Assembly (NCBI GenBank): GCA_043816785.1
Contig: JBDRHP010000057.1
Coordinates: 1-20,836, forward strand
DNA: 20,836 bases
DNA from: Candidatus Margulisiibacteriota bacterium
GTDB taxonomy: Bacteria; Margulisbacteria; WOR-1; O2-12-FULL-45-9
Reading direction: 5' to 3'
Shown piece by piece: positions 1 through 8,925 of this stretch (within the stretch, counting starts at the first letter, position 1; each line of letters begins with the position of its first letter). A program made the translations under genes and the position numbers. The notes below the pieces were generated by a model that saw only the letters and a list, made by a program, of their open reading frames with translations, was not told the origin of the DNA and ran no database searches.

Positions 1-399
<399 letters not shown>

Positions 400-447
400 T
401 TACCTCCGTGAAATTAATTGGGGGGAACAGTTAACAATGTGGGTTCG

Positions 448-467
448 CCTGCTTGCCGGCAGGCAGG
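448..467. repeat. 20-bp REP-like palindrome CCTGCTTGCCGGCAGGCAGG in the gdhA leader
   Basis: One mismatch from the perfect palindrome CCTGCCTGCCGGCAGGCAGG. Confidence 0.7.
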
Positions 468-498
468 GCTCGACACCTCCTTCTAAAGTATTTTTCTC

Positions 499-527
499 TT
501 TACTTTTACCTTGAAACGAGATATTAT
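499..527 (+). promoter_or_regulatory. Putative sigma70 promoter of nrpR
   Basis: TTTACT (499-504), 17 nt, TATTAT (522-527). The predicted start site falls inside the 529-550 palindrome. Confidence 0.5.
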
Positions 528-555
528 TATACGGCAATCAATTGCCGTATGTCAA
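526..555 (-). promoter_or_regulatory. sigma70 promoter of gdhA
   Basis: Minus strand: TTGACA (555-550), 18 nt, TATAAT (531-526). Both boxes match the consensus exactly. Confidence 0.8.
529..550. promoter_or_regulatory. Palindromic operator ATACGGCAAT-CA-ATTGCCGTAT, candidate NrpR site
   Basis: Perfect 10-bp arms filling the gdhA promoter spacer. The core GGCA-N6-TGCC resembles the archaeal NrpR operator GGAA-N6-TTCC. Confidence 0.65.
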
Positions 556-564
556 GGGGGGAAT

Positions 565-670
565 TCCTCACCCCTAAATTGGTGGTTGAATGATTGGTTT
601 TACCTTAAGTGCCCCCTCTCCATCGAAGATGGAGAGGGGGATGAGTCTTAAGCGTTAGCGGGGGTGAGGA
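565..670. repeat. Solo structured palindromic element in the nrpR leader, same family as the DUF559-flanking repeats
   Basis: TCCTCACCCC (565-574) and GGGGTGAGGA (661-670) are terminal inverted repeats enclosing a 13-bp hairpin CCCCCTCTCCATC-GAA-GATGGAGAGGGGG (612-640). Confidence 0.75.
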
Positions 671-675
671 TTTAT

Positions 676-1620
676 ATGGATAAAAAATTAAATACCATTC
701 TCAAAATTGTTGCTGAATCTAACGAACCCATCGGTTCGCCGGACATTTCGCTCAAGCTGAAAGAGCTGGGGATCGAAATGAGCGAGAGGACAGTGCGCTA
801 TCATCTTCAGCAGCTCGGTGAGGAAGGTTTGCTCAAGGTCTTTTGGAAGGAAGGCAGGATGTTGACCAAAAAGGGCAAAGAAGAACTTGCTGACTCAATG
901 GTTTCTGAAAAGATCGGCCTGGTCAGCTCGCGCATGGAATCGCTTTCTTATTTAATGGGATATGACCTAACAGAAAAAAAAGGGAGCGTCATTATCAATC
1001 TTTCCTATTTTCACAAAGGCGAATTCAAAAAGGCGCTCAAGATCATGGCTGAAGCCTTTAAAAAGAAATTTTGCCATGGCCAATTTGTGTCTGTGTCTGA
1101 GGCAGCCGGCAAAGTTTGTTTTGGCACGATGTGCGCCACGAATTTAAATGGTATATTATTAAAAGCCGGGATTCCGGTCGAGTCAAAGTTTGGCGGAGTT
1201 CTACAGATTGAAGACAGCAAGCCTTTGCGTTTTACCGAGCTGGTCAGCTATTCTGGCTCAACGTTGGATCCCCACGAGATTTTTATCCGCAGTAAAATGA
1301 CCAGTGTGCGCGAAGCTTGCAAAGGGGCAGGCAAAATCCTGGCTGGTTTGCGCGAAATACCAGCGGCTTCAAAAGATAAGGCCGAAGATATTATTAAACA
1401 GGCCGAAGCTGCCGGCTTTGGCGGTACTATATATATAGGTAAGCCAGGGCAGCCGGTTCTTGGTATGCCAGTGGGGATAGATCGGGTAGGTTTAGTTATT
1501 CCTGGCGGGCTTAATCCTGTTGCGGCCTGTGAAGAATGGGGCCTTGAGATTGAAAACAAGGCTCTAAGTACATTGATTGATTATGATCAGCTAGTCAGAT
1601 TTGACTCTTTGCTAAAATAA
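676..1620 (+). CDS. nrpR: NrpR-family nitrogen regulatory repressor (winged HTH + NRD/DUF128 domain)
   Basis: N-terminal wHTH (ILKIVAESNEPIGSPDIS...SERTVRYHL...GRMLTKKG) and NRD motifs (TMCATNLNGILLKAGIP, RFTELVSYSGSTLDPHEIFI, ILAGLRE, GGLNP). ATG 676 with GAGG SD is preferred over GTG 664. Confidence 0.9.
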   Translation: MDKKLNTILKIVAESNEPIGSPDISLKLKELGIEMSERTVRYHLQQLGEEGLLKVFWKEGRMLTKKGKEELADSMVSEKIGLVSSRMESLSYLMGYDLTEKKGSVIINLSYFHKGEFKKALKIMAEAFKKKFCHGQFVSVSEAAGKVCFGTMCATNLNGILLKAGIPVESKFGGVLQIEDSKPLRFTELVSYSGSTLDPHEIFIRSKMTSVREACKGAGKILAGLREIPAASKDKAEDIIKQAEAAGFGGTIYIGKPGQPVLGMPVGIDRVGLVIPGGLNPVAACEEWGLEIENKALSTLIDYDQLVRFDSLLK

Positions 1621-1628
1621 GATAAAAT
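1601..1628 (+). promoter_or_regulatory. Putative sigma70 promoter of the PPDK-like gene
   Basis: TTGACT (1601-1606), 16 nt, TAAAAT (1623-1628). Confidence 0.5.
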
Positions 1629-1654
1629 AATAAAAACCTCAAAGGTGTCGAGCC

Positions 1655-4213
1655 ATGTCTATTATGAATACCGTAAGTACGGGATTAAAAGGGCTCGATG
1701 AAATTGTCCAAAACCTCAGGCTGGGCGATAATGTTGTCTGGCAGGTGGATGATATCCGCGATTATAAGCATTTTGTTGACCCCTATATTAAAAAATCTCT
1801 TAAAGATAAACGCAACCTTGTTTATATTCGCTTTGCCAAGCATGAGCCTTTAATTAAAAGCAATAAACAGGTAAAAATCTATAAACTTGATCCTAGTTCT
1901 GGATTTGAAACCTTTACCAAGGAAGTGCATACGATTATTGCTCAGGAAGGCTTAGAAGCTTTCTATGTTTTTGATTGTCTTTCCGATCTATTGTCTGACT
2001 GGGCCACGGACCTGATGATTGGCAATTTCTTTATGGTTACCTGTCCTTTTTTGTTCAAGCTTGATACCATTGCCTATTTTGCCATCCTGCGCGACAACCA
2101 CTCTTTTAAAACCATTGCCAGAATCCGTGAAACCACCCAGCTCTTGCTGGATGTTTATGATTTTGAAGATAATTTTTATGTCCAGCCCTTAAAGGTCTGG
2201 AACCGTTATTCGCCAACCATGTTTTTGCCGCATATTGAAGAAAAGGAAAAGTTTGAGCCTATCACCAGCAGCGTAGATGCAACAAAGCTGTTTTCATATA
2301 TTTCTAAAAAAGGTGCTGAGAGTGGCCGGCGCAACCTGGATTATTGGGACCGGCTTTTTATCAAGGCCGAGGAAGTGGCAAATGAGTCTGGCGCGAAAAT
2401 AGCCAAGTCAGAGATGCTGGCGCGTTTAAGTAATATTATGCTGGGCCGCGAAGCGCGCATGCTATCGTTAATTGAAAGGAATTTGTCGCTGAACGATCTG
2501 TTAGCCGTAAAAGCGCGCATGATCGGAACTGGGTTTATTGGTGGCAAGGCTTTAGGCATGCTTTTAGCTCGTAAGATTTTAACTGGTGATTGGCAAAATG
2601 TCCTGGAGCCGCATGATTCCTTTTACATTGGCTCAGATGTTTTTTATACATATATAGTAGAGAACGGCTGGTGGGAGCTGTGGCTGGAGCAGAAAACTGA
2701 AAAAGGCTATTTTCCCAAGGCAGTGGAATTAAGAGAAAAGATCCTGACGGGTAAGTTTCCGCATGAGATCCGCGAACAGTTCCGCCAGATCATTGAATAC
2801 TTTGGTCAGTCGCCAATTATTGTGCGTTCTTCCAGTTTACTGGAGGATGCCTTTGGCAACGCTTTTGCCGGCAAGTATGAGAGTATTTTTGATGTGAACC
2901 AGGGATCGCCCGAAGAGCGCTATCAGCGCTTTGAAGATATTATTCGCCAGGTCTATGCCAGCACCATGAACGAGGACGCGCTGAATTATCGTCTGCAAAG
3001 GGGCTTGAGCCAGCAGGATGAGCAGATGGCGTTATTGGTCCAGCGAGTTTCCGGTACCCAGCGCGAAAAAACCTTTTTCCCCTACATTGCCGGAGTGGGA
3101 TTTTCCTATAATACTTTTGTCTGGCACAAGGACATGGATCCCAAGGCCGGGATGTTGCGTTTAGTATTTGGTCTGGGCACACGTGCGGTCAATCGGGTAG
3201 AAGGGGACTATCCGCGCATTGTGGCGCTGGATCAACCATTGTTGCGGCCATATGCTGGGATGGAAAAGGCAAAAAAATTCTCCCAGCACGATGTGGATGT
3301 TCTTGATATAGGAACCAATGAACTCGAAACTGAATCATTGGAAAAACTGTTAAAGGAAGAACCTGGGCTTAATCTTGATCTGATCGGCCAGCGCGATCGC
3401 GAAGCAGAAGAGAAAATGAAAGAGCTGGATCTATCCGGTACCCCCTGGGTTTTAACTTTTGATGGGTTGATGTCCGAGACTGATTTTCCAAAAACCATGC
3501 AAAAGATGCTGAAAACCCTTGAAAAGGCTTATCAATATCCGGTGGACGTTGAATTTACCATCAATTTTAATAAAGCAGGCAAATACCAGGTTAACCTGGT
3601 CCAATGCCGGCCGTTGCAGGCTAAGGGAGAAACCGCTCAGGTTAGTATCCCTAAGAAAATTGCTAAAGAAAAAGTTGTGTTTTCTTCACAAGGTAATTTT
3701 ATGGGCGGCAGTGTTTCGCAAAAGGTTGACCGGTTGATTTACGTGGACACCGAAGCATACCGAGATCTTTTAATGAACAAAAAGTTTGAAGTGGCGCGTT
3801 TGATCGGCAAGTTAAATAAGATGAGCAAGGAGGAAACGACTCTTTTGATCGGACCGGGCCGCTGGGGCAGCCGCGACGCAACCCTGGGTGTGCCGGTTAA
3901 TTTTGCTGAAATAAATAATGTTTCATCCTTGGTCGAAGTTGATGACCCTGAAGGCGGTTTTATGCCGGAATTATCTTTTGGCTCGCACTTCTTTTTGGAT
4001 TTGGTTGAAACTAATATTTTCTATACTGCCTTGTTTTTGGATAATGAAGAGGTTGTTTTTGATAAGAAGTGGCTGGATGGCCTGGCGAACCAATTAACGG
4101 ACCTGGTTGCTGATGCGGTTGCTTACCAGTCAGTTATTAAGGTCCATGACTTCAAAAAAAAGATCGAGCTGCTTTCGGATGTGACTTCACAAAGAGTCGT
4201 GTGCCTTAAATAA
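1655..4213 (+). CDS. PEP/pyruvate-binding (PPDK_N, ATP-grasp) domain protein with a degenerate KaiC/RecA-like N-terminus; function unknown
   Basis: STGLKGLD N-terminus. PPDK_N motifs IGGKALG, IVRSSSLLED..AFAGKYES, MALLVQ, GLGTRAV, PVDVEF, VQCRP. C-terminal GPGRWGS...ELSFGSHFF domain. No recognisable PEP-binding TIM barrel. Confidence 0.85.
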   Translation: MSIMNTVSTGLKGLDEIVQNLRLGDNVVWQVDDIRDYKHFVDPYIKKSLKDKRNLVYIRFAKHEPLIKSNKQVKIYKLDPSSGFETFTKEVHTIIAQEGLEAFYVFDCLSDLLSDWATDLMIGNFFMVTCPFLFKLDTIAYFAILRDNHSFKTIARIRETTQLLLDVYDFEDNFYVQPLKVWNRYSPTMFLPHIEEKEKFEPITSSVDATKLFSYISKKGAESGRRNLDYWDRLFIKAEEVANESGAKIAKSEMLARLSNIMLGREARMLSLIERNLSLNDLLAVKARMIGTGFIGGKALGMLLARKILTGDWQNVLEPHDSFYIGSDVFYTYIVENGWWELWLEQKTEKGYFPKAVELREKILTGKFPHEIREQFRQIIEYFGQSPIIVRSSSLLEDAFGNAFAGKYESIFDVNQGSPEERYQRFEDIIRQVYASTMNEDALNYRLQRGLSQQDEQMALLVQRVSGTQREKTFFPYIAGVGFSYNTFVWHKDMDPKAGMLRLVFGLGTRAVNRVEGDYPRIVALDQPLLRPYAGMEKAKKFSQHDVDVLDIGTNELETESLEKLLKEEPGLNLDLIGQRDREAEEKMKELDLSGTPWVLTFDGLMSETDFPKTMQKMLKTLEKAYQYPVDVEFTINFNKAGKYQVNLVQCRPLQAKGETAQVSIPKKIAKEKVVFSSQGNFMGGSVSQKVDRLIYVDTEAYRDLLMNKKFEVARLIGKLNKMSKEETTLLIGPGRWGSRDATLGVPVNFAEINNVSSLVEVDDPEGGFMPELSFGSHFFLDLVETNIFYTALFLDNEEVVFDKKWLDGLANQLTDLVADAVAYQSVIKVHDFKKKIELLSDVTSQRVVCLK

Positions 4214-4216
4214 CCC

Positions 4217-4256
4217 TTGACAACTCTACAATAATGTATTATCCTACAAAATTGTA
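4217..4256 (+). promoter_or_regulatory. sigma70 promoter of the enhancer-binding protein gene, overlapped by two TACA-N4-TGTA boxes
   Basis: TTGACA (4217-4222), 17 nt, TATCCT (4240-4245). Boxes TACAATAATGTA (4227-4238) and TACAAAATTGTA (4245-4256). Confidence 0.7.
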
Positions 4257-5764
4257 TGGTACCAATGCGCGATGTAAAAGTGAAAGTTTTAGTTGATATC
4301 GGCGAAGCACTCGCATCCTCGCTTGATCTGGAAGAAAGTTTAGCCTCTATTCTTGAGGTCCTGTCCGATTCCCTGGAAATGAAACGCGGCACCATTACTT
4401 TAGTTGATCCCATTACCAATGAGCTGCGTATCGAAGTTGCGCAAGGACTTTCAAAAAAGGAAAAGGATCGCGGCAAGTATAAGATTGGGGAGGGCATTAC
4501 CGGCAAGGTGGTTGAATCCGGCGAGCCCATGGTGGTGCAGGACATAGAGACAGAGCCTTTATTTTTAAACAAGACGCAGGCGAGAAAAGATCTGAAAGAG
4601 CGCAAATTTGCTTTTCTGTGCGTGCCGGTTAAAGCAGGCAACAAAATCCTCGGGGCCTTATCAGTTGATCATCTTTTTAAAGGCAATATTTCTTATGAAG
4701 AGGATATGAAGATTTTAACAATTATTTCTTCTTTGATCGGGCAGGCTGTGATGATTCGGGATTTGGCTGAGAAGGAGAAGCGTGCGGTTGAGGCTGAGAA
4801 CGTTAAACTGCGCCAGCAACTGAAGGGCAAGTATAAATTCGGTAATGTTATTTACACCTCCCCGGCCATGGAATCTGTTTTGGAGGGCGCCAGGCAGGTT
4901 GCTTCGACCAATGCCACGGTTCTGCTGACCGGCGAATCTGGCACTGGCAAGGAATTAGTTGCTGCAGCGATCCATTATGCTAGTCCGCGAGCGGAAAAAC
5001 CATTTATCAAAGTTGCCTGCGCGGCCTTGCCGGATAATTTGCTGGAATCCGAATTATTTGGCTATGAAAGGGGCGCGTTTACCGGAGCCACTGAGAGAAA
5101 AATCGGTCGTTTTGAAATGGCCAATAGTGGTACAATCTTTTTGGATGAGATAGGGGATCTTTCTCTTGCCACTCAGGTTAAACTTTTGCGGGTCCTTCAG
5201 GAAAAAGAATTTGAGCGGTTAGGCGGAACAAAAACGATCAAGGTTGACCTGCGGGTGATTTGTGCGACACATCAGAATTTAGAGAAGATGGTCAAGGAAA
5301 AGAAGTTTCGTGAAGATCTTTTCTATCGCATCAATGTATTTCCGGTAATTCTTCCCCCGTTGCGTGATCGCAAAGAGGATATTCCACTTTTGGTTGCTCA
5401 TTTTACGCATAAATACAACAAGGAAAACAATAAGCAGATCGAAGGCGTTAATCGCGCTGCTTTAGATATTCTCATGGCCCATGATTGGCCAGGGAATGTT
5501 CGAGAACTTGAAAATGTGATTGAGCATGCGGTCGTCCTTTGCCAAAAAGATTTGATCTCTCCCCGCGATTTACCAGCCAATCTCTCCCAAAAAGCGCCGG
5601 AAATTAAAACCGAAGGTGCGACTCTGCCCAAGATTGTTGAGTCAATTGAGAAGCAGAAGATAAAAGAGGCGCTTGATCAGTATAAGACGCAGCGGAAAGC
5701 GGCCAAGGCCCTCGGGATTACTGAGCGGATGTTAGGTTATAAGATTTCTAAGTACGGGTTGTAA
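4256..5764 (+). CDS. NifA-like sigma54-dependent enhancer-binding protein (GAF - AAA+ - Fis HTH)
   Basis: GAF domain ([24 protein letters not shown]), Walker [55 protein letters not shown] and a C-terminal HTH. The start could be 4265. Confidence 0.93.
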   Translation: MVPMRDVKVKVLVDIGEALASSLDLEESLASILEVLSDSLEMKRGTITLVDPITNELRIEVAQGLSKKEKDRGKYKIGEGITGKVVESGEPMVVQDIETEPLFLNKTQARKDLKERKFAFLCVPVKAGNKILGALSVDHLFKGNISYEEDMKILTIISSLIGQAVMIRDLAEKEKRAVEAENVKLRQQLKGKYKFGNVIYTSPAMESVLEGARQVASTNATVLLTGESGTGKELVAAAIHYASPRAEKPFIKVACAALPDNLLESELFGYERGAFTGATERKIGRFEMANSGTIFLDEIGDLSLATQVKLLRVLQEKEFERLGGTKTIKVDLRVICATHQNLEKMVKEKKFREDLFYRINVFPVILPPLRDRKEDIPLLVAHFTHKYNKENNKQIEGVNRAALDILMAHDWPGNVRELENVIEHAVVLCQKDLISPRDLPANLSQKAPEIKTEGATLPKIVESIEKQKIKEALDQYKTQRKAAKALGITERMLGYKISKYGL

Positions 5765-5810
5765 ATCAAACAATCTCCACAATTTCGTAATTTTTTTCCC
5801 ATTCCCTTCG

Positions 5811-5826
5811 TGGCAATAAGATTGCT
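5811..5826 (+). promoter_or_regulatory. sigma54 -24/-12 promoter of amtB-glnK
   Basis: TGGCAATAAGATTGCT, with GG-N10-GC spacing. Confidence 0.85.
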
Positions 5827-5854
5827 TGTTCTCCTGTGAAAGGGGGAATGAATA

Positions 5855-7066
5855 ATGATCAATAGCGGTGATACGGCTTGGATCCTGATTTCAACTGCAT
5901 TAGTTATCTTGATGACCCCGGCAGTCGGCTTCTTCTACGGTGGGATGGTCCGAAAGAAAAGTATTTTGTCCACCCTGATGATGTGCTTTGCCGCGCTGTT
6001 CCTGATCAGTATCCAGTGGGTTCTGTTTGGTTATACTTTGGCTTTTGGCCCGTCAAAAGCCGGGTTGATCGGTGGTTTGAGCTGGTTGGGTTTGACCGGG
6101 GTAGGGCAATTGCCCAATCCTGATTATGCCGCGACCATTCCGGCACTCTGCTTTATGATGTTTCAGGCGGCTTTTGCCATTATTACGCCTTCTCTAATCG
6201 TGGGCGCTTTTGTGGAGCGGATCAAATTCGCCGCCTTCCTGGTTTTTACCGGCCTCTGGGCCACGCTGGTTTATGATCCAGTGGCTCACTGGGTCTGGGG
6301 TGTTGGCGGCTGGTTAAGGACCATGGGTGTCCTTGATTTTGCCGGCGGCACAGTTGTCCATATTACCGCTGGTTTCTCCGCCTTGGCTATTGCACTGGTC
6401 ATTGGTAAAAGGATCGGCTATGGCAAGGATAATATGGAACCCAGCAATATTCCTCTGGTTGTTCTGGGAGCTGTTCTGCTCTGGTTTGGCTGGTTTGGGT
6501 TTAACGGCGGTTCGTCTTTGGCAGCTAACGGCCTGGCAGTTCAGGCGTTTGTAGTTACGAATATTTCCGGCGCCACCGCTGCCCTGGTCTGGATGATCTT
6601 AAGCTGGCTGCATCGCCGTCCCAGCGTTCTGGGTGTGGCAACCGGCGCGGTAGTTGGCCTGGCAGCGATCACTCCGGCTTCGGGCTTTGTCAGCCCATTG
6701 GCGGCAATTGCAATAGGATCTATTGCTTCAGCCATCTCTTACTATATTATAGTATTAAGGATGAAATTGCGGATCGATGAATCCCTGGATGTTTTTGCCT
6801 GCCACGGCATGGGCAGCTTTTGGGGCGTGGTCGCAACTGGTATTTTTGCCAGCAAAGCGATTAATCCCAGCGGAACGGATGGCTGGATCTATGGCAATCC
6901 AGGGCTGGTCTGGACGCAGTTATTTGGCGCAGTTGTTGTGGCTGTTTTTGCTTTTATTGTGACCTATGTCCTGGCGACATTGATCGACCTGTTTGTTGGC
7001 CTGCGTGTCACAGAAAATGAAGAGCTGGTCGGGCTTGATATTTCTCAGCACGCTGAAACTATTTAA
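5855..7066 (+). CDS. amtB: Ammonium transporter
   Basis: GDTAW, FYGGMVR, FQAAFAIIT, HWVW, DFAGGTVVH, LWFGWFGFNGGS, DVFACHG, GLD.SQH motifs. Both pore histidines are present. Confidence 0.97.
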   Translation: MINSGDTAWILISTALVILMTPAVGFFYGGMVRKKSILSTLMMCFAALFLISIQWVLFGYTLAFGPSKAGLIGGLSWLGLTGVGQLPNPDYAATIPALCFMMFQAAFAIITPSLIVGAFVERIKFAAFLVFTGLWATLVYDPVAHWVWGVGGWLRTMGVLDFAGGTVVHITAGFSALAIALVIGKRIGYGKDNMEPSNIPLVVLGAVLLWFGWFGFNGGSSLAANGLAVQAFVVTNISGATAALVWMILSWLHRRPSVLGVATGAVVGLAAITPASGFVSPLAAIAIGSIASAISYYIIVLRMKLRIDESLDVFACHGMGSFWGVVATGIFASKAINPSGTDGWIYGNPGLVWTQLFGAVVVAVFAFIVTYVLATLIDLFVGLRVTENEELVGLDISQHAETI

Positions 7067-7080
7067 AAGAGGTGTTAAGA

Positions 7081-7419
7081 ATGAAAAAAATTGAGGCAAT
7101 CATCCGTCAGGAGAAAATTGAAGACTTAAGGGAAGCACTTGAGAAAAAGGGTTTTATCGGTATGACCATAACAGAGGTCAGGGGCCGCGGCAAACAAAAG
7201 GGGATTAAACTGGAATGGCGGGTTGGTGAATATACCGTGGAATTCCTGCCCAAGATAAAGCTGGAGATGGTGGTGGAAGAGAGTAAGTTAAATGAAGCGA
7301 TTGCAGTGATTGAAGATGTCTGCTCAACCGGGAAGATTGGTGACGGCAAGATCTTTATCTCAAATATAGAGGAGGTGATCAGGCTGAGCAGCAAGGAGCG
7401 CGGGCAAAAAGCAGTCTAA
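7081..7419 (+). CDS. glnK: PII signal transduction protein (amtB-linked, GlnK-like)
   Basis: MKKIEAIIR, GMT.TEV.G.G.QKG, Tyr51, LPK, TGKIGDGKIF. ATG 7081 with GAGGTG SD. Confidence 0.92.
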   Translation: MKKIEAIIRQEKIEDLREALEKKGFIGMTITEVRGRGKQKGIKLEWRVGEYTVEFLPKIKLEMVVEESKLNEAIAVIEDVCSTGKIGDGKIFISNIEEVIRLSSKERGQKAV

Positions 7420-7424
7420 CTATA

Positions 7425-7466
7425 TACAAAATTGTAGTAATAATTCATTGAATCTACAAAATTGTA
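7425..7466. promoter_or_regulatory. Tandem TACAAAATTGTA boxes upstream of the glnA sigma54 promoter (candidate UAS)
   Basis: Identical 12-mers at 7425-7436 and 7455-7466, 30 bp apart. The same 12-mer occurs at 4245-4256. Confidence 0.7.
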
Positions 7467-7496
7467 AACAAAGGGCTTGATTTAGCCTTTTAATCG

Positions 7497-7512
7497 TGGT
7501 AATAAGATTGCT
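7497..7512 (+). promoter_or_regulatory. sigma54 -24/-12 promoter of glnA
   Basis: TGGTAATAAGATTGCT, 15/16 identical to the amtB promoter. Confidence 0.82.
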
Positions 7513-7582
7513 ATTTATATATCTATAAGAGATAAGAAGGTCGAGCCGCAAAGCGGTGAATAAACAAAGGAGGTCGAGTTAA

Positions 7583-8917
7583 ATGCCAACAAAAGAGGAG
7601 ATATTAAAACAGGTTAAGGATAATGATGTTGAGTTTATCCGGTTATGGTTCACGGATTTGAACGGGATACTAAAGAGTTTCTCAATTGGTAAAGAAGAGT
7701 TAGAGACTGCTTTAACGGATGGGATGGGGTTTGACGGTTCATCGATCACGGGTTTCCAGGCGATCGAGGAAAGCGATATGATTGCTATGCCGGATACGGA
7801 TACTTTTGCCATCCTGCCATGGCGGCCTGAAGAAAAGGCCGTGGCCAGGATGATTTGCGATGTTCTTCAGCCAAGCGCTGGCAAACATAAACCCTACGAA
7901 GGAGACCCCCGCTATGTCTTAAAAAGACAACTGGCTAAAATGAAGAAATTGGGGTTTGACCATTTTTATGTCGGCCCGGAATTGGAATATTTCTATTTCA
8001 AGGATTCAAAAGGCACGGAGATATTGGACGAAGGAGGCTATTTTGACCTTACGCCATTAGATATGGCTTCTAATTTAAGAAGGGATACTATTTTTGCTTT
8101 GAAAAAGCTGGGCATCCGCGTTGAATATTCCCATCATGAAGTTGCCCCGTCCCAGCATGAGATCGATATGCGCTATGATGACGGTCTCAAGATGGCAGAT
8201 GATATGGTTACCTATCGTTTAACTGTTAAGGAGATCGCTTCTGCCAACGGAGTGTACGCCACTTTTATGCCTAAGCCTATCTTTGGCCAGAATGGTTCCG
8301 GCATGCACTGCCACCAGTCATTGTTCAAAGGCAAAAGCAATGCTTTCTATGATTCCAGCGATAAATATAACCTGTCCAAGGTGGGCAAGTCTTATATTGC
8401 TGGTATCTTAAAACATGCGCCTGAGATGATCTCTGTCCTGGCGCCCTGGGTTAACTCTTACAAGAGATTGGTCCCTGGCTATGAAGCGCCGGTCTATATT
8501 GCCTGGTCAAGAAGGAATAGATCTGCCTTGATCCGTGTTCCCATGTACCAGCCGGGCAAGGAAGCTGCCACCAGGATGGAGCTCAGGTGTCCGGATCCAT
8601 CCGGCAACCCATATCTGCAATTAGCAGTTATGTTAGCGGCCGGTCTAAAGGGGATCGAGGAAGAGTACAAGCTCGGTGATCCAATGGAGCTCAACCTTTA
8701 TCACTTGACTGATGAGGAAAGGGCAGAGCGCGGGATCAAATCCCTGCCGCCAAGTCTGGGCGAAGCTATCGAGATCGCGCAAAAGAGCGAATTGCTTCGT
8801 GAAACACTGGGCGACCACTGTTTTGAAAGATTTATTGAACTGAAAAAGAAAGAGTGGGATGAATTCCGCATCCAGGTAACTGAATACGAAATAAAGAAAT
8901 ATTTACCCATACTTTGA
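7583..8917 (+). CDS. glnA: Glutamine synthetase type I (GSI-alpha size, 444 aa)
   Basis: FDGSSI, ESDM, GPELEYF, HHEVAPSQHEI, TFMPKP..G.NGSGMH, NSYKRLVPGYEAP, NRSALIRVP, E.R.PDP motifs. GGAGG SD. Confidence 0.98.
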   Translation: MPTKEEILKQVKDNDVEFIRLWFTDLNGILKSFSIGKEELETALTDGMGFDGSSITGFQAIEESDMIAMPDTDTFAILPWRPEEKAVARMICDVLQPSAGKHKPYEGDPRYVLKRQLAKMKKLGFDHFYVGPELEYFYFKDSKGTEILDEGGYFDLTPLDMASNLRRDTIFALKKLGIRVEYSHHEVAPSQHEIDMRYDDGLKMADDMVTYRLTVKEIASANGVYATFMPKPIFGQNGSGMHCHQSLFKGKSNAFYDSSDKYNLSKVGKSYIAGILKHAPEMISVLAPWVNSYKRLVPGYEAPVYIAWSRRNRSALIRVPMYQPGKEAATRMELRCPDPSGNPYLQLAVMLAAGLKGIEEEYKLGDPMELNLYHLTDEERAERGIKSLPPSLGEAIEIAQKSELLRETLGDHCFERFIELKKKEWDEFRIQVTEYEIKKYLPIL

Positions 8918-8925
8918 GTTATAAT

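Noticed and set aside
1655..4213. ppsA/ppdK PEP synthase, or KaiC
   Set aside because: No PEP-binding barrel and no Walker A motif in the N-terminal domain.
4256..5764. Gene symbol nifA / nitrogen fixation
   Set aside because: The architecture fits, but no nif genes are present and the associated motif is not TGT-N10-ACA.
7513..7582. Known glutamine (glnA-motif) riboswitch in the glnA leader
   Set aside because: I could not see the three-way junction/E-loop consensus. Only a small CCGC-AAA-GCGG hairpin and the GTCGAG motifs are present.
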